Of a stretch of 64,000 nt of DNA, positions 52,581 through 61,235 are shown one piece after another. Position 1 is the stretch's first letter. Each line of letters starts with the position of its first letter. A model generated the notes under the pieces. The model was given only the letters and a program-made list of their open reading frames with translations, made no database searches and had not been told where the DNA came from. The translations under genes and the position numbers were made by a program. Location of the stretch: the NCBI GenBank assembly GCA_025362975.1, contig JANYES010000018.1, positions 147,309-211,308 of the forward strand, written 5' to 3'. This DNA is from Alphaproteobacteria bacterium (GTDB taxonomy: Bacteria > Pseudomonadota > Alphaproteobacteria > Rickettsiales > SXRF01).

Positions 52581-53219
52581 TTGGATTTCAAGTGTTTGGT
52601 GGAGAATAGGAGAATGGAATGTGCGGAAATGTTGCGCGACAGCTCCGCCATGCTGCTGGAGTTAATGAAAAATATGCTGGATACGTCGAAACTCAATGCC
52701 GGAATGATGGAGATTGAGCATATCCAATTTGACCTTGCTAAAATGGTGCAGAGTGCGGTGCATATTATTGCAACCAGCGCGGCGGAAAAAGGACTCGACC
52801 TGCAGGTGCATCTTGCGGCGGGCTTGCCTGAGCATTGCATCGGCGACCCGTTGCGCATTTCCCAGATACTGCTGAATCTTTTAGGTAACGCTGTAAAATT
52901 TACTGAAAAAGGGAGCGTGACGCTGTATGTGGCTGTTGGGATTGGAGCCGATGGTACGGAACAACTCTGCATTACGGTTGCGGATACGGGGGTGGGCATC
53001 AGTGAAAAAGGCCGCGAAAAGATTTTTACCAAATATATGCAGGAAAATTCCAGCATCAGCCGTAATTACGGCGGAACCGGACTCGGACTTACCATCAGTC
53101 AGGATTTGGCGCATCTGATGCATGGGACGATTGTGGTTAAAAGCTGGCCGGGCATGGGCTCGCATTTTATCGTTACCTTGCCACTCAACAAATCATCGGC
53201 GCTTTCAACCGCAGCGTAA
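52581..53219 (+). pseudogene. Histidine kinase, 5'-truncated (end of the HisKA helix plus HATPase_c)
   Basis: LLELMKNMLDTSKLNAGMMEIEHIQFDL, then N-box LLNLLGNAVKFT, and G-boxes DTGVGI and GGTGLGLTI. No H-box or sensor region lies upstream. Confidence 0.8.
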
Positions 53220-53283
53220 GCATTCCTTATGAACTTCTAATAATTTTCTTTGATGTAAATCAAACCAGATTGCTGAGGCGGTT

Positions 53284-53577
53284 GTGAGCGAGATTGGCTA
53301 TGAGATGAAAGAAACCGGCAGCCGTATGGCCGCTGATTTTTTAGCGCTTTCGCAGGAAGCTTTAGCCTGCCGGACGCTGGGCGAGTTGATGGTATCGCAT
53401 AATAAATTAATGGAACAAGCCTCTACCAATTATTTCGAGGGCGTGAATAAGCTCTATGGCATGATGTTCAATTCATGGCCAAATGTAGCAGCGCCGCTGC
53501 GCGAGTATTCTGCCGCTGCGTCGGATAAAATGCGCAAAGTGATGGCGCGTAATTGCCGTTTAGAGATGAGCCTGTGA
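53284..53577 (+). CDS. Phasin-like small protein (GTG start; possibly truncated)
   Basis: This is weak pattern recognition only (helical, LMEQASTNYFEGVNKLYGMM). Confidence 0.4.
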   Translation: MSEIGYEMKETGSRMAADFLALSQEALACRTLGELMVSHNKLMEQASTNYFEGVNKLYGMMFNSWPNVAAPLREYSAAASDKMRKVMARNCRLEMSL

Positions 53578-53816
53578 ATAACAGCCGCCTACAAAGCTGA
53601 GCAGGCGGTCGATGGAATCGATAGTGACGCTGTTGCCGGCGATCTGAATGTTGGTTTCTTCGCGCAGGATGTTGAGGGCGCGGGAGAAGGTGGCGGCGTC
53701 ATCCAGAGAGTGGAGGCGATCAGAACTTTATCGTAAGGAAGGTTAACTAATGGCTCTATATTTAATATACAACATGTAGCATACTGTTGTCGGTGTGCAG
53801 ACTAATTATACTTGCG

Positions 53817-53972
53817 TCACGGGTTACCGGTTTCGTTGCCGAATACATCCTTGGTGCTGTTGCCTTCTGCGTCCTTAGGGCGTTCGCCTTCGGCATTTTT
53901 GTCTTTTGGGTTGCCCTGCACGTCGGTTCCGATGGGGTTTCCAAAGACGTCCGTTCCTGTTTCAGTGCTCAT
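53817..53972 (-). CDS. Small hydrophilic protein (51 aa) with DVFGN-x-x-G repeats, not in the ORF track
   Basis: MSTETGTDVFGNPIGTDVQGNPKDKNAEGERPKDAEGNSTKDVFGNETGNP. Its ATG overlaps the upstream stop (ATGA). Confidence 0.4.
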   Translation of the reverse strand: MSTETGTDVFGNPIGTDVQGNPKDKNAEGERPKDAEGNSTKDVFGNETGNP

Positions 53973-54118
53973 GATTTTTTACCGGACGGAGCACGATTGG
54001 TAAAATGGTTAGTGTGTTCCTGACGCGCGATGTCGCGCATGTCGTTCACCTTACTGTCGTTGGCGGGGTTGTGGATGGCTTTAGGGTTCTGATCCTGTGG
54101 GATGGTTTTCTTCGTCAT
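53969..54118 (-). CDS. Small hydrophilic protein (49 aa)
   Basis: MTKKTIPQDQNPKAIHNPANDSKVNDMRDIARQEHTNHFTNRAPSGKKS. It is translationally coupled to 53817-53972. Confidence 0.4.
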   Translation of the reverse strand: MTKKTIPQDQNPKAIHNPANDSKVNDMRDIARQEHTNHFTNRAPSGKKS

Positions 54119-54420
54119 ATGCCGACCTTTCTGTGAGTTTTGATAGGTAGAGTGTAGTGTATTGCGTGTAAGTTTGTCGTATGGTTTGCACAATCCATGC
54201 TTCAACCGTCCGCTTTATATGAGATAAGGCAGCATAAAATAATATAAATATTTCAAATAGATAATCGTATCTATCGGGGGTGTATGGGTATAGACTCGTT
54301 CGACAAAAAGGACGAAGCTCCTGCCGCTACCGATAAGAAATAATATCTGAGACCGGAATGCGCGGTTTGAAAAAGTCGCTGCATTTCTATTTGTCCGGGT
54401 GATCAACAAGAGAAAGTATT

Positions 54421-54600
54421 ATGTCAGTTCACGGAACTAAGTTTACCTGCGCGGAAGTCAGCTGCCAGACGAAATTTTACGATATGAATAAGGAATCGCC
54501 GGTGTGCCCGAAATGCGGGCTAGTGGTCGTGATACCAAAGGCGCGCAAGCGCGGCGCGGGTGACGAGGCGCTCAAGGCTAAACGCAAGAAATGGCAATAG
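54421..54600 (+). CDS. FYDLN_acid-type zinc-ribbon protein (59 aa), not in the ORF track
   Basis: [29 protein letters not shown] matches the C-x-x-C ... KFYD(L/M)NK ... CPKCG pattern of the TIGR02300 family as I recall it. Confidence 0.65.
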   Translation: MSVHGTKFTCAEVSCQTKFYDMNKESPVCPKCGLVVVIPKARKRGAGDEALKAKRKKWQ

Positions 54601-54606
54601 CGGCCA

Positions 54607-54810
54607 TTACCAGTTGAAAAAACGGGATTCTGCTTTTAATTTTTTGATGCGCCGTTCCGCATCGTCTTTGAACATGCCGTATTTTTCTTTGACGGCCTTG
54701 TAAAACGCTTCAGGCTGTTCCTGATAGGATGCGATTTCTTCGTCGCTTAACTTGTCCCAATTCTTTTTTATTTTTGTGTTGAGACGCTTTATCTTTTGGG
54801 TCATCTGCAT
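54607..54810 (-). CDS. CsbD/YjbJ-like small stress protein
   Basis: KKNWDKLSDEEI ... KEKYGMFKDDAERRIKKL follows the W-x-x-L(T/S)-(D/E) ... YG ... A-E pattern. Confidence 0.5.
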   Translation of the reverse strand: MQMTQKIKRLNTKIKKNWDKLSDEEIASYQEQPEAFYKAVKEKYGMFKDDAERRIKKLKAESRFFNW

Positions 54811-54909
54811 TTAGTGGCGTTTCTTTAACTGAGTGCCGGGCAACCAAACGTTGACCGGGGGTGCGGCGGCATGACCGCCGCTGTCATGAAGTGCCAAATC
54901 GTAGCGTTA

Positions 54910-55026
54910 TTATTTGCCTGCGGGCTTGGGCTTGCCGAAAGGACTGCTGGAACCGGCGGGCGGTTTCGGCGGCGGGGTTTTTTTCGGTTTTTTAGCTTCG
55001 CGGTTCGACTTTTGTCCTTTAGCCAT
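54910..55026 (-). CDS. Very small basic protein (38 aa)
   Basis: MAKGQKSNREAKKPKKTPPPKPPAGSSSPFGKPKPAGK. It is the tail of ORF-track entry 54910..55293. Confidence 0.3.
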   Translation of the reverse strand: MAKGQKSNREAKKPKKTPPPKPPAGSSSPFGKPKPAGK

Positions 55027-55212
55027 GTTCATTCCTTCTGGGTTAATGATTTTTATTATGGGCGCATAAACCGGCAATGTCACGCTCCAGTTCGTGGAAT
55101 CTTCTTTTATGTTTACGGCGTTTGACACTGTGTCCGGCGCCAATCGTATTAAGATTTTATAACGCATGCCGTATAAAATATGGACTTCATTTAAACCATC
55201 AGGAGAAGCATT

Positions 55213-56070
55213 ATGACGATGATCAGCACGCGCGACGGCACCGAATTGTATGTTAAAGACTGGGGCAAGGGCCGTCCGGTTGTGTTGCTGCATGGCTGGC
55301 CGCTTTCGGCGGATATGTGGGATTCTCAGGCGATGGCGCTGGCAGAAGCTGGCTTCCGCGTGATCGCTTATGACCGCCGCGGGTTTGGGCGTTCGCAGCA
55401 GCCCTGGGCTGGGTATAATTACGATACGCTGACGGACGATCTGGCCGATGTGATGAAAGAAACGGGCGCGGACAAGGATGTGACGCTGCTAGGTTTTTCA
55501 ATGGGTGGCGGCGAAGTGGCGCGCTATATGAGCCGATATCAGGGCAAGGGCGTGATATCGGCGGGGCTGATTTCGTCGGTGGTGCCATATATGCTTAAGA
55601 CGTCGGATAACCCGGACGGCACGCCGGAAAAAATGTTTGCCGATATTGCCGACGGGATTAAAAAAGACCGCGCGCATTTCTTCCGCCAGACGTTCTTCCC
55701 GCAGTTCTTCGGGGTGGGGATGATTTCGCACCCGGTGAGCGATGAGGTGCTGGATATGGCAACCGCCGTGGCATTGCAAGGCAGCCTGAAGGCAACGCTG
55801 GATTGCGCCAAAGCGTTCGGGCATACGGATTTCCGAGGCGATCTTGCGTCATTCAAGGTGCCGACGCTGATCATTCACGGTACGGAGGATAAGACCGTGC
55901 CGATTGATGCGGCGGGGCGCGCGGCGGCGAAAGGCATTAAGCAATCGCGTTTGATTGAATATGACGGCGAGCCGCATGGGCTTAACATGACGGCCAGCGA
56001 TCGGTTGACTAAGGATATCCTTGAGTTTGTGAAGGCAGGCGCAGTTTTCCAGAAGCAGAAAGCGGCTTAA
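55213..56070 (+). CDS. Alpha/beta hydrolase (non-haem haloperoxidase / arylesterase type)
   Basis: LLHGWPLS, nucleophile elbow GFSMGG, and a C-terminal HG motif. Confidence 0.9.
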   Translation: MTMISTRDGTELYVKDWGKGRPVVLLHGWPLSADMWDSQAMALAEAGFRVIAYDRRGFGRSQQPWAGYNYDTLTDDLADVMKETGADKDVTLLGFSMGGGEVARYMSRYQGKGVISAGLISSVVPYMLKTSDNPDGTPEKMFADIADGIKKDRAHFFRQTFFPQFFGVGMISHPVSDEVLDMATAVALQGSLKATLDCAKAFGHTDFRGDLASFKVPTLIIHGTEDKTVPIDAAGRAAAKGIKQSRLIEYDGEPHGLNMTASDRLTKDILEFVKAGAVFQKQKAA

Positions 56071-56205
56071 GGTACTGATTGTTAATTAAGTGATTTGATT
56101 GGTTATGTAAAAATTATGCGTCGGTAGGCTTTTTGACACAGATTCCTTACATTGGTTTACGTAAGCTTTGTTTACTAAGGCAATTAACCAATGAAGGAGA
56201 GTGTT

Positions 56206-56424
56206 ATGAATAATACAGGCGCAAAAGGTGCAATCAATCAGGCTTCGGGTTCCGTAAAAAAAGCAACGGGCGAAGCGCTTGAATCCATCGGCAAAGCGAC
56301 CGGAAGCGCGAAGATCGCGGCTGAAGGTGCCAAGCTGGATGTTAAAGGTACGGCGCAGAAAACGGTTGGAAAAGTTCAGTCGGCTATCGGCGACGTGAAA
56401 GATAAGTTGAACAGCGAGGCGTAA
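56206..56424 (+). CDS. CsbD-family general stress protein (72 aa)
   Basis: Repeated G-x-x-K-x-x-x-G pattern (GSVKKATGEALESIGKATG ... KGTAQKTVGKVQSAIGDVKDKL), with GGAGAG upstream of ATG 56206. Confidence 0.75.
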   Translation: MNNTGAKGAINQASGSVKKATGEALESIGKATGSAKIAAEGAKLDVKGTAQKTVGKVQSAIGDVKDKLNSEA

Positions 56425-56450
56425 GTCCCACGCGTTAGCGTTCGATTTTA

Positions 56451-56483
56451 AAAAGGCACGGGCTTTGGTCCGTGCCTTTTTTT
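56451..56483. terminator. Bidirectional rho-independent terminator
   Basis: AAAAGGCACGG-gctttggt-CCGTGCCTTTTTTT between convergent genes. Confidence 0.75.
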
Positions 56484-56488
56484 GTTGG

Positions 56489-57088
56489 TCAACCCGGGCT
56501 TAGATGGTGGGCGATGTTGTCGATGGTAGCTTTGGGCTGGATGGCTTCGGCCCATTTTTTGTTTGGCAGGGTCTGGGTATCCTCATGCAAGGCGGCGGCT
56601 GCCTGACAGGGGGTGGCAGGGGGCGCGTTGTTGAAGGGATCGGCTTCGGCGACGCTTGATTTGCGTTGCAGCTTGCCAGCGCCGAGCTGCCATTCGGTGA
56701 CGACTTTCTTGCTCTCCAGCCAGTTCGATACGCACATGCACAGGCCGCCGAAAGCAGTCATGCCGATGAGCAGGTTATTGTACTTTTTGTTGCTGAAGAC
56801 GGCGGGCACTTTGGGGTCGGTGGATTTGAACAGCGGCAGGCCTTTTTCGACGGCGGCGAAGACTTTTTGCGAGACAACGCCGAGCACGCCGATATTGGTG
56901 GCGCCCGAGATGGCGAACAGCCACGACGAAATCGCCGAATAGATCGAGTGATCGCGCATGAACTGCTTTTCGGTCATCGTTTGTTTTTCGCACGCGTCAG
57001 GCGCGGGCTTGGGCTTTGCTACGATGATGGTGCGGTCTGGCTGGCAGGAGGATAGCTCCTCCCGGCGGCAGTCGGCGTTTATGCTCAT
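56489..57088 (-). CDS. Membrane protein (199 aa), unknown function; second gene behind the B12 riboswitch
   Basis: Two hydrophobic segments (SAISSWLFAISGATNIGVLGVV; LLIGMTAFGGLCMCV). It starts 5 nt after the upstream stop. Confidence 0.55.
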   Translation of the reverse strand: MSINADCRREELSSCQPDRTIIVAKPKPAPDACEKQTMTEKQFMRDHSIYSAISSWLFAISGATNIGVLGVVSQKVFAAVEKGLPLFKSTDPKVPAVFSNKKYNNLLIGMTAFGGLCMCVSNWLESKKVVTEWQLGAGKLQRKSSVAEADPFNNAPPATPCQAAAALHEDTQTLPNKKWAEAIQPKATIDNIAHHLSPG

Positions 57089-57092
57089 AACG

Positions 57093-57563
57093 TTATTCCT
57101 TGCTGGAAAGGGTCACTAACGAAGCGTGGATCATGTTGCCCGCGGGAGTATCGGAGGCTTGTTTCATTTGCACCGGCAGGACGTAGGCGCTTTGGAAATC
57201 GAGGCGTGAGTCGGTGGTGGAGTAATAGCACATCAGGTTGCCGGCTTTGCTGCCGGTGCGGTCGTTGACGGTGGCGGCGAAGATCAGGCCGCGCTGGAAA
57301 TTGCCCTGGCCTTTCCAGAACAGGCGGTCGTAGACGACTTTGGACAGCGGCTCGTCGAAGGCGAGGGTGCCGTCGATGGTATACTCAGCTTTATAGCGGG
57401 TGTTAAAGGCTTTGAGGCAGGCTTGCTGTTGCGTGGCGTCGAAGCTGGAAAGCGCGGTGTCTTTATCCATGTCGAAGAGTTTCTGGCGGGCGTTGGTTTC
57501 GTCGGCGAAGGCTGGGGCGCTGAGGCACAGGGCGGCGCAGAGTAATGTGGCAGAAAAACGCAT
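57093..57563 (-). CDS. Secreted protein (156 aa), unknown function; first gene behind the B12 riboswitch
   Basis: Signal peptide MRFSATLLCAALCLSAPAFA. The start is moved to ATG 57563. Confidence 0.6.
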   Translation of the reverse strand: MRFSATLLCAALCLSAPAFADETNARQKLFDMDKDTALSSFDATQQQACLKAFNTRYKAEYTIDGTLAFDEPLSKVVYDRLFWKGQGNFQRGLIFAATVNDRTGSKAGNLMCYYSTTDSRLDFQSAYVLPVQMKQASDTPAGNMIHASLVTLSSKE

Positions 57564-57829
57564 ACGATTATTCCTTTTCAGAGGTTCAGGATTGTTTGAA
57601 ATATGTGGAAGCGTACGCGCGCCGAAAAACGACGACTGCGATAGGGAGGGGCACAAAACGGGTGTAACAGCTGAAACAGCTTGCGCATTAGCATTGGATA
57701 CACACTCCCAGACGTTGACGGCCTGCCCCGGTGTCGTTAAACACCGGCGCGTGTCACCGCACTGCAAAGAGTGGATGGGCGGTTAGGCCCTACCAATGTA
57801 CTCCAACGAAAACACCCCGTTTCCTGAGC

Positions 57830-58030
57830 ATGCGTGACACTTAATGGCAGGTCTCCTGACTTGCGGGTCGCGGCTCTTGGCATGTCTTCCCAGATTCGTA
57901 ATGAACCCAGTGACGGTGTGTCGTTTGCCTTAAGCTCGCCGCTTACAGTTGCGGGGGCAGTCGTGGCTTTGGAGATGAATCCGTACCACATTCCCTTTTC
58001 ATCATCCTTGCGGATGAACCATTGGGCGAG
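57830..58030 (-). promoter_or_regulatory. Cobalamin (B12) riboswitch
   Basis: The minus strand reads AAAAGGGAAUGUGGU ... ACUGCCCCCGCAACUGUAAGCGG ... CACUGGG ... CUGGGAAGAC ... CCCGCAAGUCAGGAGACCUGCCAUUAAG. These are the conserved core and the B12 box. Confidence 0.88.
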
Positions 58031-58124
58031 AACCTAGCGGCGAAGATAGGGTGTCGTCAACTGATTTGTTACAGTTTGATGACAGTTTGTGGACAAGCGG
58101 TCTGATTCGCTTTACAAAATCTGC

Positions 58125-58541
58125 ATGAAAAATTTTGAAGCGACCATCTATCACAATCCGAAATGCGGTACGTCGCGCAATGTGCTGGCGATGATTCGTG
58201 CGAGCGGCGTTGAACCGACGGTGGTGGAATATGTGCAGGGTGGGTGGGAGAAAAAACAGTTGGAGGCGCTGATTGCGGCGATGGGTGTGAGCGCGAAAGA
58301 TATTATGCGCGTGAAGGGGACGCCGTGTTTAGAGCTGGGGCTGGATAAGCCGGGGGTGACGGACGCGCAGGTAATTGCGGCGATGGTGGCGCATCCGATT
58401 TTAGTGGAGCGGCCGATTGTGGTGACGCCTAAAGGCGCGAAGGTTTGCAGGCCTTCGGAGGTGGTGTTTACGCTGCTGGAGAATGTGCCGAAATTGTTTA
58501 CCAAAGAAGACGGCGAAGTTGTGAGTATCAAGCCGGTTTGA
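58125..58541 (+). CDS. arsC: Arsenate reductase (glutaredoxin-coupled ArsC family)
   Basis: IYHNPKCGTSRN active-site motif and ILVERPIV. The start is moved to ATG 58125. Confidence 0.88.
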   Translation: MKNFEATIYHNPKCGTSRNVLAMIRASGVEPTVVEYVQGGWEKKQLEALIAAMGVSAKDIMRVKGTPCLELGLDKPGVTDAQVIAAMVAHPILVERPIVVTPKGAKVCRPSEVVFTLLENVPKLFTKEDGEVVSIKPV

Positions 58542-58810
58542 GCGGTGTGTGATCGCGGACCCCGCTATACAGCGGGGTGACAAATAGATATTATTCGCGT
58601 TTGCGGTTGCTGCATTTTAAGTCCATTGGCTCTTTGTGTAAACCGTGATGTATTTTGGCGACTCGGTGACGAAAAAATGAGTTTTTTTAATCGGTTGTTG
58701 TTTTTTGGGTATTGGTTTTCGCGGGCGAAAGCTGCCGGTTTAGAGGCTTGGCGGTAAAAGCACTTGTCTTTAGAGATAACTGCTCTATAACCCGTTACTC
58801 ACTTTTGTGC

Positions 58811-58886
58811 GCCCAGATAGCTCAGTTGGTAGAGCAAGGGACTGAAAATCCCTGTGTCGCTGGTTCGATCCCGGCTCTGGGCACCA
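58811..58886 (+). tRNA. tRNA-Phe (anticodon GAA)
   Basis: Full cloverleaf by hand: acceptor GCCCAGA/TCTGGGC, D-arm GCTC-AGTTGGTA-GAGC, anticodon arm AGGGA-CTGAAAA-TCCCT, T-arm GCTGG-TTCGATC-CCGGC, and encoded CCA. Confidence 0.97.
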
Positions 58887-59495
58887 TTTCAAGTTTGCCC
58901 CAGATTAATAATGGCGGCTTTCTAAGTATTTTCCGACTAACCGCCTTCGCGGGGTTTTGGCTTTTTTTTCTCCGCCACGAATAGGGGCTTCAGCTTGTCT
59001 GGTTTGCGCCTCTGTTGCTTTTAATGAGGTCATGGCATTATCTATGAAGCCTTGCCTGTCTGCCTGCCATGCCTCGTCATCGAAAATGCCTGAACTGCTC
59101 CTGTCAAACCGGGTTGAGCGCATGTTGGAAATCATGTAAAAAAATCTTTCTAGGGTGAATGGCAATTGTTCGTCGCGTTCGTCGAGTAATTTTGCTGTTT
59201 CAACGACGTTGGGATTGACGAAAACGGCTTAATAGCGGTTGGTGACGCTCATGCATGGCTCTTTGGCGGTGAGCTGGGTTTCGATGGCGGCTGATGAAGG
59301 AGGCGATGCTGAGAGGACCATGATGGGCGTGTGGTGCCCGCCCATCATGGATTTAAAGTGCTGCGAGGGATTAGAAGATGGGGCCGGGAGAGGTTAAGAA
59401 AAGCACGATCATGCGGCGAAGCGAGAGGCCGCGGATGCCGCGTGGGGTTTTGGTGGTTTCGGGTATGAAAGCAAGCATGCGAATTCTCCTGAAGG

Positions 59496-60113
59496 TTAAA
59501 ACGGCTTGATGTGGTTGGTACTGACCGGGCGAATGGATACGAGCATCACGCCGCAGATTATATTTTCCATCTCCGCGTCGAGGATGATGGGATCGTATTT
59601 TTTATTGTCGGCTTCGAGCCATGTGCGCCCGCGCAACTTGATGAGGCGCTTGAGGGTGAGGCCGCCGTCGATAGAGGCGAGGATGACGTCGCCGTGCAGG
59701 GCTTCGATGCCAGCGTCGATCATGGCGAGGTCACCGGCAAAGACCGTGGGTTCCATCGAATCGCCTTCGACGGGGTGGAAGAAGGTTTGCTCGGGGTGGC
59801 GGATGAGTTCGTTGAGGTTGAGGGTGCGGTCGACGAAGTCGATGCTGGCTTTCATCAGGCCCATCGGCACCTTCATGGCGTAAACGGGAAGGTTGAAGCC
59901 TTTGTTCTCCACATAGTTCATCACCGACTGTTCCATGCTGGCGGGAACGCGCAGCGCCTTGGTGGGCTCGCCGAATTTGCGTTTGGGGCCGGTGTTGGGG
60001 CGGGCGCCACCGCGCGGGGCGGTGAAAGGGATGACATCGGACTTCGGACGATTGGAGCTGCCTTTCTTGCGACCTGCACCGTTTCTGGAACCTCCCCACT
60101 GCGACATTGCCAA
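59496..60113 (-). CDS. S24 (LexA/UmuD-like) peptidase-domain repressor-type protein
   Basis: EGDSMEP (Ser nucleophile) and LKRLI (Lys) dyad. The basic N-terminus has GGSRNGAGRKKG and GGARPNTGPKRK repeats. Confidence 0.8.
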   Translation of the reverse strand: MAMSQWGGSRNGAGRKKGSSNRPKSDVIPFTAPRGGARPNTGPKRKFGEPTKALRVPASMEQSVMNYVENKGFNLPVYAMKVPMGLMKASIDFVDRTLNLNELIRHPEQTFFHPVEGDSMEPTVFAGDLAMIDAGIEALHGDVILASIDGGLTLKRLIKLRGRTWLEADNKKYDPIILDAEMENIICGVMLVSIRPVSTNHIKPF

Positions 60114-60124
60114 CCTCCGTAATT

Positions 60125-60169
60125 AATCAAGTTTGAATATGTACAGTAAGCTTGATTTCCAACTTGATT
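60125..60169. promoter_or_regulatory. Candidate operator upstream of the S24 gene
   Basis: A 9-bp perfect inverted repeat, AATCAAGTT (60125-60133) and AACTTGATT (60161-60169), plus a third near-copy AAGCTTGATT at 60148. Confidence 0.35.
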
Positions 60170-60336
60170 GCAAGCGAAATTGTTGCCCTCGGTCGAGTTA
60201 AGGCAAAATATGTGCTAAGTTGCGACATGCGTGATGTCGCCGGGCGCTGGCTGCGCGGGCATTGATTTTTGGAGAAGTTTCACGCTATACTTATAGAAGA
60301 TTTAAATAAATTCAAATCGTAATCTGGACATCCTGC

Positions 60337-61233
60337 ATGATGCGTTTGTTGATTTTCGCTTTATTCTGTCTCGTTGTGAATATGCCGCATGCGCGCGCCG
60401 AGGGCGCCGTGGCGCGCACGCTGAAAGTGGGCACGATGGAGCGGGAGTATACGATTTATCGCCCTGTAAAGGCTGACAAATCAAAACCGGCAAGTGTAGT
60501 GATTATGCTGCACGGAGGGTTCGGTACGCCCGCGCAGGCGGAAGAGGCCTATGGCTGGAATGCGCTGGCGGATCAGCAGGGGTTTGTGGTGGTGTATCCC
60601 GAGGGGAAATCGCGCAGCTGGAATGCGGGTGGCGAATGCTGCGGCAAGGCGAATAAAAATAACGTCGACGATGTCTGGTTCCTGACGCAGCTTATTGAGC
60701 AGCTGGCGACGGATGAGAATATCAGCCTGAAAAATATCTATATCGCGGGCATGAGCAATGGTGCGGCGATGGCGTACCGGTATGCGTGCGAGGGGGAATA
60801 TCCGGTGGCGGCGATCGGCGCGGTGGCGGGGAGCTTCGCGTATGCGTGCCCGAAACTGCATGCGCCGGTGTCGGTGGTGGAAATTCACGGCACGGATGAC
60901 CAGCATGTGCCGCTGGCCGGGGGCAAGGGCAGCAAAAGCCTGACGCCGATCAACTGGCTGGGCGTGGACCAGACGCTGGACGTGTTTCGCCAGTCGGATC
61001 ATTGCAAGTCGCCGGTGGCGAACCAGAAGGGCAAAGCCCATTGGTCGATTTCGATGTGCGAGAAAGGCGTGAAAGTGCTGCTGATTACGATCGACGGAGC
61101 GAAGCACCAGTGGCCGGGCAGCAAGGAACGCACCGGCTGGTTAGCCAAGCTGCTGCCGCTCGACCCGCCGATGCAGCGCTTCAATACCACGCAGACGCTG
61201 TGGAACTTTTTCGCTTCGTCGCAATCTCAATAA
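60337..61233 (+). CDS. PHB-depolymerase-family (LpqC-like) secreted esterase
   Basis: Signal peptide, VIMLHGG, SWNAGGECCG and nucleophile elbow GMSNGA. Confidence 0.8.
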   Translation: MMRLLIFALFCLVVNMPHARAEGAVARTLKVGTMEREYTIYRPVKADKSKPASVVIMLHGGFGTPAQAEEAYGWNALADQQGFVVVYPEGKSRSWNAGGECCGKANKNNVDDVWFLTQLIEQLATDENISLKNIYIAGMSNGAAMAYRYACEGEYPVAAIGAVAGSFAYACPKLHAPVSVVEIHGTDDQHVPLAGGKGSKSLTPINWLGVDQTLDVFRQSDHCKSPVANQKGKAHWSISMCEKGVKVLLITIDGAKHQWPGSKERTGWLAKLLPLDPPMQRFNTTQTLWNFFASSQSQ

Positions 61234-61235
61234 TT

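Larger units (their letters stand above)
48650..52600. mobile_element. Integrase-bearing element or remnant inserted between a MerR gene and a 5'-truncated histidine kinase
   Basis: Gene fragments lie at both edges (AAA_13 C-terminus at 48670, HK C-terminus at 52581). There is a 549-aa tyrosine recombinase and an AT-rich interior (about 25% G+C in line 49561). No clear terminal repeats were found. Confidence 0.55.

Noticed and set aside
59511-60122. 203-aa plus-strand ORF, together with 59506..59883 and 59731..60099
   Set aside because: They are antisense or alternative frames of the S24 peptidase gene, which carries the Ser/Lys dyad motifs.
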